Below, piece after piece: positions 46,863-56,567 of a stretch of 64,000 bases of DNA (within the stretch, counting starts at the first letter, position 1; every line of letters begins with the position of its first letter). A program made the translations under genes and the position numbers. This DNA is from an uncultured bacterium. Its GTDB lineage: Bacteria; Latescibacterota; MWCZ01; CAZVGZ01. Location: NCBI GenBank assembly GCA_964627605.1, contig CAZVGZ010000001.1:47325-111324 (forward strand), read 5' to 3'. The notes under the pieces were generated by a model. It was given only the letters and a program-made list of their open reading frames with translations, did no database searches and was not told the origin of the DNA.

Positions 46863-47299
46863 ATCACGACACTATGGAATCCAATCGACCAGATTATGGC
46901 CAGCAGTTTGGGCCTCTAACCGCAGAAGTCAGGCTTGAGCCTCTAGGTCCGGGCAAACCGAACGAAAAGGCCGCCGAGGTCTTTGGGAGAATCAGCGTCA
47001 AAACGGCGTTTGATGGAGTAGCGGTGGCCGACAATGCGATGGCGCAGGCGGGTGTTTGGCTCTACCACGGCTATCTCGATGAATCCCATCGGCTATGCCA
47101 GAGTATTGACACCCCCACTGGAAGCTACTGGTACGGTATCATGCACCGCCGCGAGCCGGATGCATCCAACGCCGCCTACTGGTTTGGCCGGGTAGGGGAT
47201 CACCAAATATTCGGCGCACTCACGACGAGCTCCGCATCTTTAGCAGCAGAGATGGGCACCGACGACGAACCAAATTTTCTTCGAGATCAGGTCCATTGA
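46859..47299 (+). CDS. Hypothetical protein, translationally coupled to the FAD oxidase
   Basis: 146 aa. Its ATG overlaps the oxidase stop (ATGA at 46859-46862). No recognised motifs and no Cys cluster. Confidence 0.45.
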   Translation: MNHDTMESNRPDYGQQFGPLTAEVRLEPLGPGKPNEKAAEVFGRISVKTAFDGVAVADNAMAQAGVWLYHGYLDESHRLCQSIDTPTGSYWYGIMHRREPDASNAAYWFGRVGDHQIFGALTTSSASLAAEMGTDDEPNFLRDQVH

Positions 47300-47488
47300 G
47301 ATCCCTTCGAGATCATCTCTCTGTGCGAGGCGGCCCGTGTCGGCACGAACTCGGCGAACGAAGGGCTCTGTGTCAGGGTGCCGCAGTTGGAGTGGGAACT
47401 TCTTTTCGATCACTGCTACAGCGCGACTGTAGGGCGATAGTGGAGTCCCCGACAGCTAAACAGATAGCTACACGATAGGAGACGAACT

Positions 47489-48493
47489 GTGGACAGAGTC
47501 CGAGCGGGACTGATTGGGTGCGGGCCCATGGGCCGAGATTTGATTTCGCAGGCGAAAAGCTTGTCAGATATCGCCGAAGTGGTCGCCGTCTGTGACATCG
47601 ACGCGGCTCTTGCGAAGAAAACCGCGTTCGAGCTTGGCAGTGAGGCTATGACCAGCTCTGCCGAACTCATCGCCAGGGACGACGTGAATGCCCTTTTTGT
47701 GGCGACTCCGGGATACCTGCACGCCGAACCGGTTTTGGCGGCGGCTGGAGCGGGCAAACATGTATTTGTCGAAAAGCCGATGGCGCTTCGTGTTGAGGAT
47801 TGCCAGGCTATGATCGATGCTGCCGATTCCAACGGTGTTAAACTGATGGTGGGCCAAGTGCTTAGGTACACCGACGTGTTTCAGTTCGCCAGAGACCACA
47901 TAGCAGCAGGTGATTTGGGAGAGGTATTCGCTGCACGGATAACAAGGACCGGCAGTGGCTGGGGAAGTTGGGGCCGCTCCTGGCGCACGAAAAAAGAGCA
48001 GAGCGGTGGGGTACTGTTTGAGTTCAGCGTCCACGAGTTGGACTTCATGCGGTGCTGTCTAGGCGACGCCGAGAGCGTTTATGCCGTGGAGAGTCATCGC
48101 GTCCACCACGATCTCGACTACGCCGACACCTGTTTTCTAACGATCAGATTCCGCAGTGGCGGCCTTGGTCAGTTGGCAGCAGGATTGGCGGATCATGTAG
48201 GAACATATCGTGGTGAGATTCTGGGCACCGATGGCGCGATCCATTTCGACAAATCAGCCGGGAGTGTGCGCTACCGGTTTGGAGATCAAGAGACCCAGAG
48301 TATGGATATCAACGCCCTGGAAACGCCGTCAGCCGTGAATCGAGAGGTCAGGGAGTTCATAGAAGCGGTTGGAGGCGACGGAGCGGTGACTATTCCAGGA
48401 AAAGAAGGTATGGCTGTTGTGGAGATCGCGTCAGGCGCTGGCGTCTCGGCGCAGACCGGCGAGGTGGTGCCGCTGACAGTGAAGACCAGGTGA
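47489..48493 (+). CDS. Gfo/Idh/MocA family NAD(P)-dependent oxidoreductase
   Basis: 334 aa. N-terminal Rossmann motif (RAGLIGCGPMGRD) and …EKPMA… motif. Confidence 0.85.
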   Translation: MDRVRAGLIGCGPMGRDLISQAKSLSDIAEVVAVCDIDAALAKKTAFELGSEAMTSSAELIARDDVNALFVATPGYLHAEPVLAAAGAGKHVFVEKPMALRVEDCQAMIDAADSNGVKLMVGQVLRYTDVFQFARDHIAAGDLGEVFAARITRTGSGWGSWGRSWRTKKEQSGGVLFEFSVHELDFMRCCLGDAESVYAVESHRVHHDLDYADTCFLTIRFRSGGLGQLAAGLADHVGTYRGEILGTDGAIHFDKSAGSVRYRFGDQETQSMDINALETPSAVNREVREFIEAVGGDGAVTIPGKEGMAVVEIASGAGVSAQTGEVVPLTVKTR

Positions 48494-49162
48494 CCGGCTG
48501 GCGAAGCAGCTGATTCACTACCCTGGCATGATCGACGTGGGACTGAATTACCCCTTTGATGGATATTCTCAGGCATAAACGAGATCATTGCCGTAATCTT
48601 CCACTGAGTGCCGCAGCAGGAGGCATCTTGCGGCTAGTCAGGCGATGATCTTGGTCGTTGCGATCGTATCTCATGACCAAACGTCGCAGTCGCCAAGAAA
48701 CCCTAGCTGTTTTCGGCAGGGCGTTTGGGACCGGTTCAAAGGGATCATACCGGAGCGCGTTTCGCCTGCGATTAGTCGATGAGTGGCGCTAGCTGGAAGT
48801 CTATGTGATGCTAGCCACGGTCAGCGCTGGGGCGATCAGTTTGATTACTCCTGCGTCTATCATCGCTCGTACTGGCTGGTTTGCTCTGGATGGCACATCG
48901 GTTGCATTTGGAGGGCCACTTCGACGATGTGACATGAATGAACCAGATAGCCCATCGGTGTCAGGTGACGCTGTCCCATGCCCGGTAGCTAGAGGTCGGT
49001 TCGGAGGGGTCGATGCGATGTAGGCCCGTTAGGCGCGAGCACATCACAATGAACATATTTGTGGCCCGCCGTCCGATAGAGTCTCGTTAGATTCCGCTAG
49101 CTCCTCGGTTTTCCCGACTTGAGAACACGCACGATCCTCCCTGCCTGACCAGCTAGTCGATC

Positions 49163-49208
49163 GATAGCATCATCGTATGGTAGCCATTGCACCCTTGACG
49201 ATGCTATC
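49163..49208. promoter_or_regulatory. 9-bp inverted repeat GATAGCATC / GATGCTATC with a 28-nt spacer, upstream of the 49265 gene
   Basis: Arms lie at 49163-49171 and 49200-49208. An adjacent TCGATCGA palindrome and three GCTAGC palindromes occur elsewhere in the same spacer. Confidence 0.3.
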
Positions 49209-49264
49209 CATAGTGTCGAGCCTCGCAGAATTCACTACAACAGAACGCCTAGACGGAGAGATTC

Positions 49265-51253
49265 ATGCCCTGGACCACGACGCTGCCCTATTCGTACGCA
49301 ATCGATTACGGACAGAAACATCTTGGCAACACCGAGTATCTGAAGCAGATCGAGGAGGGCAGGCCGCAACTGCTCCACGTTTTTCAGGACACTCCGCTCA
49401 ATTCATGGACCGGTAACTCGATACATACCGGTGGTGAGGAGTTTCGTCGGATAACCGCCGATGAGGTGCCTGCACATGTCGATGCGATTAAGAAGTTCGT
49501 CCAAGACGCGCACGAATCTGGTGCCGCCAAACTGATTCCCTACATCTGCACGATGATAATGGTTGGAAACGCTGAGACTCGCGACGGCTTCTGGAACCTC
49601 TATGACAACTGGGAAGATTTCGAGCATTTGGGCATCGGGCCCAAACCGGAAGACGACCCGATTGAATGGCTCCAAAAAGGCGCAACACCTCTGGGTAATC
49701 CACGCCTCAACCACCACGAACCATCAATCCATCACCCAGGGTGGCGGCAGTTCCTGAGGGCATGCGCCAATCTTGTTGCAGAGTGCGGATACGACGGCGC
49801 GTTTCTGGACGTGAACTCGCTTGCGAGCTATCTCGAATGCGACCGCATCGTGTTTGCCGAATATCTCGCCGACCGCTTTTCACCCAATGAGCTGAGTGGG
49901 CTACTGAACTTCTCATCCGTTGACGATGTGGTATTGGGAGAGCCCGGTGACGGGCTATTATGGTTTGAGACTGCGCGGTTCAGATCGTGCGCAATGGGCA
50001 AGCTTTTTGAGGAACTGAGAGACATCGGGCGTCAGCATGTCGAGGATTTCTTCGTCATCGTCAACAACTCGCCGATGAGCGCTCTCGAAGGGTTTTGGGA
50101 TCGTCGTAGGTATGGCCTCGGCGTCGGCCCACTGCACGAATACACTGCGGCAGTGATGTTCGAAGAGATGCAGCAGGCTGGTCGGTTTGGGATGGACTAC
50201 ATCAACGACAACATTCTTCAGTTCAAGTACTCGCTCGCCCACGGTGCCAAAGGGGTGACACTTCTCTACTTCGCCGGGCATACCGACGCGTGCAATCTGG
50301 CGAACGCTGAGGCCGCTTCAGGCGGCGGCGGAGCGTTTGTCCATCCAGGATTCGTCGGAATCCCTGAGATGCGGGCGTGGGGCGACTGGTTCACCGACCA
50401 CGCCGCTATGTACGACGGCAAGGAAGCGGTCCACGATGTCGGCGTGCTGTTCTTCGCCGAGCAGATGTACTGGGAGAACCACGACCACATCGACGCGGTC
50501 TACAGAATTAGGATGTCGTTGTCCGACAACCATATCCTTTTCAATTTTCTTGTCGAACCGCATTTCACACTTGAAGCGCTGAAGACTTTTGAGGTCGTGA
50601 TCGTCCCTGATGTGAGCCACATGAGTCAGGATCAGATTGATGTCCTGGTGGCGTACGCTGAAGGGGGCGGAAAAGTTCTCATAGTCGGCGAATGTGGATT
50701 GTTTGACGACCGCGGAATCGCCCACGCCACACCGCTGTCCGATCTGCTGGCGAAGCATTCAGACAACGTAACCTTTTGCGACAAGCTGGATTCTGCGGTT
50801 CCCGCTCGCGGCCAGGAGATATACGACTTGCCCCATGGCGAACTCAATACATTCGAATATTTCCCAGAGATGACCGACCGGGTTGCGTCGATAGAAGAGG
50901 CGCAAGCTGCGCGAAACCATCCGCTGATCGCTGTTCTTGATGAGATGGCAGGCAGGCGGCTGTCCTGTCTGAACGACGATGCGCCCTACACTTTGCGGGT
51001 GGACGCCTACAAAGATCCAGACGACGAAACCAAAACGCTAGTCCATCTGGTGAACTACGATTTATTGGTGACGGAGCGAGGCAAAACCGAGCCGCTGATC
51101 CCAGCGACTGACGTTCTTGTCAAGATACCGGCCAAGTCCGCTCGTATCTGGATGTCGGGGGGCACCGAGGGCGAGCCGCTCAACGCTGGTGTCGACGGCG
51201 TTCAAATCCCAGCGGTAGACTGCTACGCTATCGTCGAGATGACCAACGCGTAG
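49265..51253 (+). CDS. Hypothetical protein, possibly glycoside-hydrolase-like
   Basis: 662-aa uninterrupted ORF with an aromatic/acidic-rich sequence. I do not recognise the family with confidence. Confidence 0.5.
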   Translation: MPWTTTLPYSYAIDYGQKHLGNTEYLKQIEEGRPQLLHVFQDTPLNSWTGNSIHTGGEEFRRITADEVPAHVDAIKKFVQDAHESGAAKLIPYICTMIMVGNAETRDGFWNLYDNWEDFEHLGIGPKPEDDPIEWLQKGATPLGNPRLNHHEPSIHHPGWRQFLRACANLVAECGYDGAFLDVNSLASYLECDRIVFAEYLADRFSPNELSGLLNFSSVDDVVLGEPGDGLLWFETARFRSCAMGKLFEELRDIGRQHVEDFFVIVNNSPMSALEGFWDRRRYGLGVGPLHEYTAAVMFEEMQQAGRFGMDYINDNILQFKYSLAHGAKGVTLLYFAGHTDACNLANAEAASGGGGAFVHPGFVGIPEMRAWGDWFTDHAAMYDGKEAVHDVGVLFFAEQMYWENHDHIDAVYRIRMSLSDNHILFNFLVEPHFTLEALKTFEVVIVPDVSHMSQDQIDVLVAYAEGGGKVLIVGECGLFDDRGIAHATPLSDLLAKHSDNVTFCDKLDSAVPARGQEIYDLPHGELNTFEYFPEMTDRVASIEEAQAARNHPLIAVLDEMAGRRLSCLNDDAPYTLRVDAYKDPDDETKTLVHLVNYDLLVTERGKTEPLIPATDVLVKIPAKSARIWMSGGTEGEPLNAGVDGVQIPAVDCYAIVEMTNA

Positions 51254-51287
51254 GTAGCTTTTGCGCGGAAACCAAAAACTTCTGATG

Positions 51288-51319
51288 TGGGCGGCTATTC
51301 AGTCTGAATAAGCCGCCCA
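51288..51319 (+). terminator. GC-rich near-perfect hairpin immediately after the 49265-51253 gene
   Basis: tGGGCGGCTATTCAG-t-CTGAATAaGCCGCCCa forms a 14-bp stem with a 1-nt bulge, 35 nt after the stop. The following T-tract is weak (gattt). Confidence 0.4.
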
Positions 51320-51510
51320 TCCAGTCGGATTTGAGTGTTCTAGTCGATCTGCTAATCGCCCATTGGATCATTCTCCCAAACAGAGTTCCGGTAGTAAATT
51401 CCAAAAAAACATTACAACTGTTCCACTGAGCAACCGACTATCTCCAAATTTGGCGCGATATGGTGGGCATTCATTATGTCAACCACGCTCTCCAACATAC
51501 CTAGAGGACT

Positions 51511-52050
51511 GTGACAACAGACCTGATCTATCGCGACGACTCTGAACGTGGACAGCTCGACGTGATGCTGCCTGAAAGAGGCGATGCACCGTTCCCGATG
51601 GTTGGTGCTATCCATGGCGGCGGATGGATGGGTGGTGAGAAGGAGGCGATGCACCTCTACGGCCATCGCCTCACCGATATGAGGATAGCATGTGTGCTGC
51701 CCAACTACCGCCTGACAGGTACACACAACCATCCAGCGCAGCAGGACGATATTTTTTCGGTCCTCGATTGGGTGGCGGCCAACTGGGACAGATGCGGCTC
51801 CCCGATCTCCCATATCCATCCCCAAGCGCCGCCCTGTCTTATGACCCACGGCGCGGCGGACTCTCTGGTGCCAGCAAACCAGTCCACGATCTTAGTCGAA
51901 GCCCTGACCGCAATCGGTGTGGAGGCTGAGGCGATCTTGGTGCCAGGCGTAGACCACGCTGCAACAATGCCAGATATCTCCCCAGAAGAGCCGTTGGGCG
52001 GAATCGCTTCGTTCCAAACATTTTGGCGTCGCCACCTCCTGTCCGACTGA
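51511..52050 (+). pseudogene. Alpha/beta-hydrolase (HGGG-type esterase) with an apparent internal deletion of the nucleophile region
   Basis: 179 aa. The oxyanion HGGGW motif is present (AIHGGGWMGG), as is the C-terminal …HGAADSLVP… region. No GxSxG nucleophile elbow, and the protein is about 100 aa shorter than HGGG-type esterases. Confidence 0.4.
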
Positions 52051-52059
52051 CCTAGAACG

Positions 52060-53406
52060 ATGCCGCCGAACATCTTGTGGTTGATGACCGACGAACAGCG
52101 TACCGACTCGATGGGCTGTTATGGCAGCCCGTGGGCTCAGACCCCGTGTCTTGACCGGTTGGCAGGCCAGGGCGCGCTGTTCAAGAACGCTGTGACGCAA
52201 GCTCCCGTCTGTGGTCCGGCCAGGGCTGCCATTCTGACCGGCGAGTATCCCTCAAAGAGTGATGTTTGGTACAACAGCCCAGCGACAACGTTTCAGAGTC
52301 ACCTCACCGACGTATTTCGCAGCGCGGGATACCAGACCGCGTCATTCGGCAAACAGCACTATGTCGCGACCAATCAGGCGTTCGACGACGAAGGGCACTT
52401 CGTGCTCAGCGATCAGGTCTCCTACTTCAAGTACAACGACCAGTTCAATCCCGACGATTTCGGTGCGGTGACATATCCGCCTGAGCCGTACGGATGGATA
52501 TTCGGCGGTCGATTTCCAGGCGGTGCAGATCAGACGTCCGAAGCGAAATCGGTAGCTGCCGCAAAAAGCTGGCTCGAAGACAGGTCAGGCGAAGAGCCGT
52601 TCCTCCTCCGTGTGTCGTTCAACGGCCCCCACACCCCTGCAGTACCGCCAGAGCCGTTCGACACAATCATCAACGGGGATCATATCGTTTTTCCGCCTGA
52701 AGTCGAATCGATCACGCAAGGCGAGTCAGACTGGATAGCCTCATCACTCAGGCCGATGGCGGACTTAAATCGGCTCACCCAGACCCAGATCAGCGCGATG
52801 CGGCGCTACTACTACGGCGAGGTCGCCTACCTCGATTCGCTGATAGAAGAGCTTACCGACTGGATGGGCGTGTGCGGATTTTTGGACAACACAATAGTCA
52901 TGTTCGTATCGGACCACGGTGCTCACTTAGGCGATCATTTGCTCGTTCAGAAGCAGACTTTCTATGAGCCTTCGGTCACGGTACCGTGTTTCATCACCCA
53001 TACTCAGACAGTCAACGGCGGGCAGGTCGTTGAGACGCCGGTGGAGACGCGGTGGCTTCTGCCTACCCTGTTGGAGTTGTCGGGTCTATCAGCGCCGGAC
53101 CATCTGTCCAATTGCAGCATGTCCATACCACTTGCCGGCGGTGTGGAACCACCCAGCGTACCGGTATTCAGCGAGTTCACATTGGGATCGTTTGGTATCC
53201 GCCACGATGACAGGTTGGTCATGGTCAGGGACGGCAACTGGAAGCTTTCCATGTGTTTGGACCCCACGCCGCATGATTCGGCACTCTACAACCTGGGAAC
53301 CGATCCTTTTGAGTTGACGAATCTGGCCGGACTAGCGGAATCCCACCACATCGAATCCAGGCTTTCAGGCTTGATAGAGAACCATATCAGCGAGTCCTCG
53401 ACATAA
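52060..53406 (+). CDS. Formylglycine-dependent sulfatase (arylsulfatase family)
   Basis: 448 aa. N-terminal NILWLMTDEQRTD, and the sulfatase signature CGPAR within APVCGPARAAILTGEYP (C-x-P-x-R). Confidence 0.85.
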   Translation: MPPNILWLMTDEQRTDSMGCYGSPWAQTPCLDRLAGQGALFKNAVTQAPVCGPARAAILTGEYPSKSDVWYNSPATTFQSHLTDVFRSAGYQTASFGKQHYVATNQAFDDEGHFVLSDQVSYFKYNDQFNPDDFGAVTYPPEPYGWIFGGRFPGGADQTSEAKSVAAAKSWLEDRSGEEPFLLRVSFNGPHTPAVPPEPFDTIINGDHIVFPPEVESITQGESDWIASSLRPMADLNRLTQTQISAMRRYYYGEVAYLDSLIEELTDWMGVCGFLDNTIVMFVSDHGAHLGDHLLVQKQTFYEPSVTVPCFITHTQTVNGGQVVETPVETRWLLPTLLELSGLSAPDHLSNCSMSIPLAGGVEPPSVPVFSEFTLGSFGIRHDDRLVMVRDGNWKLSMCLDPTPHDSALYNLGTDPFELTNLAGLAESHHIESRLSGLIENHISESST

Positions 53407-53437
53407 ACTTCAATTTGCGGCATATGGAGGTAGTCCA

Positions 53438-54808
53438 GTGCACCTCACAGTAACAAACCCCTTCGACGGACAGACGGTATGCGAACTGCCATACGACACC
53501 CAAGAGACGATTGACACAAAACTCACGCAGGCTCGCCAAGCCTTCGATGTGTGGCGAAAAATGTCTCTCTCTCAGCGTATAACGAAAATTGAGAGCAGTT
53601 TGGCAAGTTTCGCTCAGAATATCAATATCGCTCGCGATGTGACTCTCCAGATGGGCAAGCCGATCGCGCAGTCCCGAGGCGAGATCGACGGGTTTTTCCT
53701 TCGCGCTGAGAAGATGATTTCCATCGCCGAAGAGGCGCTGTCGCCTGATGTTCTACCCCAAAAACCCGGGTTTGTGAGGCGTGTTGAGCATGCTCCTCTG
53801 GGTGTGGTATTCAACATCGCAGCCTGGAACTATCCGCTGTTGACCCCTGTAAACGTCGTGATTCCGGCGCTGCTTGCAGGGAACGTCGTTCTTCTTAAGC
53901 ACAGCGCAAAGACACCGCTCTGTGGTCGTCATATCGCCGCTGCGTTTGAGGGCATCGGTCCTCCAGGCTTGGTTTCCGATCTGATTGTCACCCACAAACA
54001 GACCGACCAGATCATCGCGGACCCACGAGTAGATCATCTGTCCTTCACCGGCTCGGTTGACGGAGGTCGCCAACTCTACTTGGGTGCCGCAGAACGTCTT
54101 ATAGATGTCGGGCTTGAGCTTGGCGGCAACGACCCAGCCTATGTCTGCCAGGACGCTGATCTTGAGTTCACAGTGGAAAATGTCGTTGACGGCGCCTGTT
54201 ACAACGCCGGGCAGTCGTGCTGTGCTGTGGAGAGGGCTTACGTCCACACCTCAGTCTATGACGGGTTTCTAAGCCGTGCTCAGCAAACTATGGCGGCCTA
54301 CTGCCTTGGCGACCCGATGGACGACGCGACTACGATAGGGCCGTTGGCAACCCGTTCAGCGGTAGACCTGCTCCAACGGCACGTTGACGACGCGGTCAAC
54401 CGGGGCGCGCGACTTCTGTGTGGGGGCAAACACCGATCAGGTACCCAGTTCTACGAGCCGACACTTCTGGCAGATGTGCCCCAGGAAGCGGCGATAATGC
54501 GCGAGGAGTCCTTCGGCCCGATTCTGCCGGTCCAGTGCGTGAGCGACGACGAAGAAGCTGTGTTGCGCATGAACGACAGTGATCTTGGGCTGACCGCGTC
54601 GATCTGGACCACCGACAGTGCGCGGGCCGAACGCATCGCGGCGCAGCTCGACGCAGGCACTATCTACCAGAACCGCTGCGACTATCTCGATCCTGCACTG
54701 CCCTGGACCGGATGGAAAGACAGCGGCTCAGGCTCCACCCTCTCCCCCTACGGCTTTCACCACCTCACCCGCCGCAAATCGGTCCATTTTCGCACGAGCG
54801 TGGTATAA
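53438..54808 (+). CDS. NAD(P)-dependent aldehyde dehydrogenase family protein
   Basis: 456 aa (GTG start). ALDH glutamate site ELGGN (GLELGGNDP) and catalytic Cys region (NAGQSCCAVER). Confidence 0.85.
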   Translation: MHLTVTNPFDGQTVCELPYDTQETIDTKLTQARQAFDVWRKMSLSQRITKIESSLASFAQNINIARDVTLQMGKPIAQSRGEIDGFFLRAEKMISIAEEALSPDVLPQKPGFVRRVEHAPLGVVFNIAAWNYPLLTPVNVVIPALLAGNVVLLKHSAKTPLCGRHIAAAFEGIGPPGLVSDLIVTHKQTDQIIADPRVDHLSFTGSVDGGRQLYLGAAERLIDVGLELGGNDPAYVCQDADLEFTVENVVDGACYNAGQSCCAVERAYVHTSVYDGFLSRAQQTMAAYCLGDPMDDATTIGPLATRSAVDLLQRHVDDAVNRGARLLCGGKHRSGTQFYEPTLLADVPQEAAIMREESFGPILPVQCVSDDEEAVLRMNDSDLGLTASIWTTDSARAERIAAQLDAGTIYQNRCDYLDPALPWTGWKDSGSGSTLSPYGFHHLTRRKSVHFRTSVV

Positions 54809-54837
54809 GCCTATCGCAAGAGGCTGAGGGCATGGAG

Positions 54838-55694
54838 TCACGTCGGGAGCTGGTGCAGTACTGCTCCCACAGCATCGTTTCGGGCCAACGAAGTCTTGAT
54901 GCAACTCGAAAATGCAGGCCAGTTGCAGACAACTTCCCCCAAGTCGCTGCCGCCTGAGAACAATGATCCTAAAACCCACGCGCCTGCGTTCAAGTCGCCG
55001 CCGCGCACATCTGCGGCCCGTGCCAGATTAACGAATACTGAAGCGATGTCGTCATCGTCATCAACCGAGCGCCCAATGAACGCAGCCCAACTTTCGGCGA
55101 TGCGCCGAATCCACAGATCGACAGGCTGTAAAAACCGGGGTGGCTCCTCATCCAACGCGCAGTACCATGCTACATCTCGCAGGTAGAACGCCGCGATTTT
55201 CGGCCCAATACCCCTGATTTTGAGCAGTTCCGATGTGGCTTCTTCGGCTCTGCCATGCCTCACCATGTCGGCAGCCCACAGCAGAATGTTGCAATTGTGT
55301 TCTTGGTGGGCAAGCACAAACTGGGTTGACGAAACCGTAGCGTTGCCTCTGGACCACTTCAGCGGATTGCAGTTCGGGTTGGTCCCGATCCCCTTGGCTT
55401 TCGCCAGCATATCAAACTCATTCCAAGTGTCATAGGGGAGTTGTTGGGAGGGACGCGGCTGGCCTTTTCCACTTGTTTCGAGCGCCTGTGTGGCGAATAT
55501 CCGGTATTGCGGGGCGGCCCCCTGCCGTTCACTAGCGTAGTTGGTGTGAAATAGGACGAGTGCATGTAGCCAGCCGTTCTCAGCTTGTGCGAACTCTTTT
55601 TTTTTGGGTAACAGTCTTCACTCCAGTAGATATTGGACAGCTGCGCAATAGCACTTACGATCTTGAGAATGTCATTGGGATACTCGTGGGGCAT
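54838..55694 (-). pseudogene. HhH-GPD superfamily DNA-glycosylase-like gene split by a frameshift at an A9 homopolymer (called as ORFs 55359-55694 and 54838-55410)
   Basis: The upstream ORF ends …SEDCYPKKK at the poly-A (plus-strand T9 at 55597-55605). The downstream frame is open directly from that same tract (PKKKEFAQAENGWLHALVLFHTNYASERQ…MLAKAKGIG…). Downstream motifs are the helix-hairpin-helix LLKIRGIGPKIAAFYL and a catalytic-Asp-like VDLWIRRIA. Confidence 0.5.
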
Positions 55695-55793
55695 CGGGTC
55701 TCTTCCCTTCCTAGTAGACTCAGACCTCAGTGAGGCTGGCGTGCTGACCGATCAAAACCGTTGTTTGGACGGTGTCTTTTTCCGGACCAGTAG

Positions 55794-56567
55794 TCACTCC
55801 GGCGTCACGTACGCCGCTGTGATCCCCCCATCGGCTGTAAATGTCGCACCGGTGACATAGCTGGATTCGTCGGATGCCAGGAACAGCGCCGCTTTAGCCA
55901 TCTCCGAGGCTTCACCGAACCGACCCATGGGCACATGGACCAGCCGCCGCTGCTTCTTCTCTTCGGTGTCGAGGAACGCCATCAGAAGCTCTGTCTTGAG
56001 CGGGCCTGGGCAGAGGGCGTTGACGCGGATGTTTTCGCGGGCATGTATCACCGCAAGTTCGCGGCTCATGGCAAGCACGCCGCCCTTGCTGGTGGTATAG
56101 GCCAACTGTGGTGTCGCCGCTCCTACAATAGCAACGAACGACGCGGTGTTGACGATAGAACCGCCTCCTGCCCGGCGAATAGCTGGTATCCCATATTTAC
56201 ACCCTAAATAGACACCCTTGAGGTTGACGCTCATAGTCAGATCCCAAACGTCTTCCTCAGTCGCTTGCGAGTCGCCATCATCGCCGTGCATGATGCCAGC
56301 GTTGTTTAACAGCACCGACAGCGATCCGAACCTTTTTTCGGCGACATCCACCATCTTCTCGCATTCGTCGGCCTTAGAGACATCCGCATGCGCGAAAACA
56401 GCACTACCACCCTGGCTCTCAACGAGCTCGACCGTCTCCTCTCCTGCGTCATCGTTCACATCTACCACCACCACCCGCGCTCCCTCTCTCGAAAAAAGCA
56501 GCGCTGACTCCCGCCCGATACCGCTGCCTGCGCCGGTAATGAGAGCCACTCTCTCCTCTAACCGCAT
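55794..56567 (-). CDS. Short-chain dehydrogenase/reductase (SDR)
   Basis: 257 aa. TGAGSGIGR cofactor motif, NNAG, and catalytic YTTSK (YxxxK). Confidence 0.85.
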   Translation of the reverse strand: MRLEERVALITGAGSGIGRESALLFSREGARVVVVDVNDDAGEETVELVESQGGSAVFAHADVSKADECEKMVDVAEKRFGSLSVLLNNAGIMHGDDGDSQATEEDVWDLTMSVNLKGVYLGCKYGIPAIRRAGGGSIVNTASFVAIVGAATPQLAYTTSKGGVLAMSRELAVIHARENIRVNALCPGPLKTELLMAFLDTEEKKQRRLVHVPMGRFGEASEMAKAALFLASDESSYVTGATFTADGGITAAYVTPE

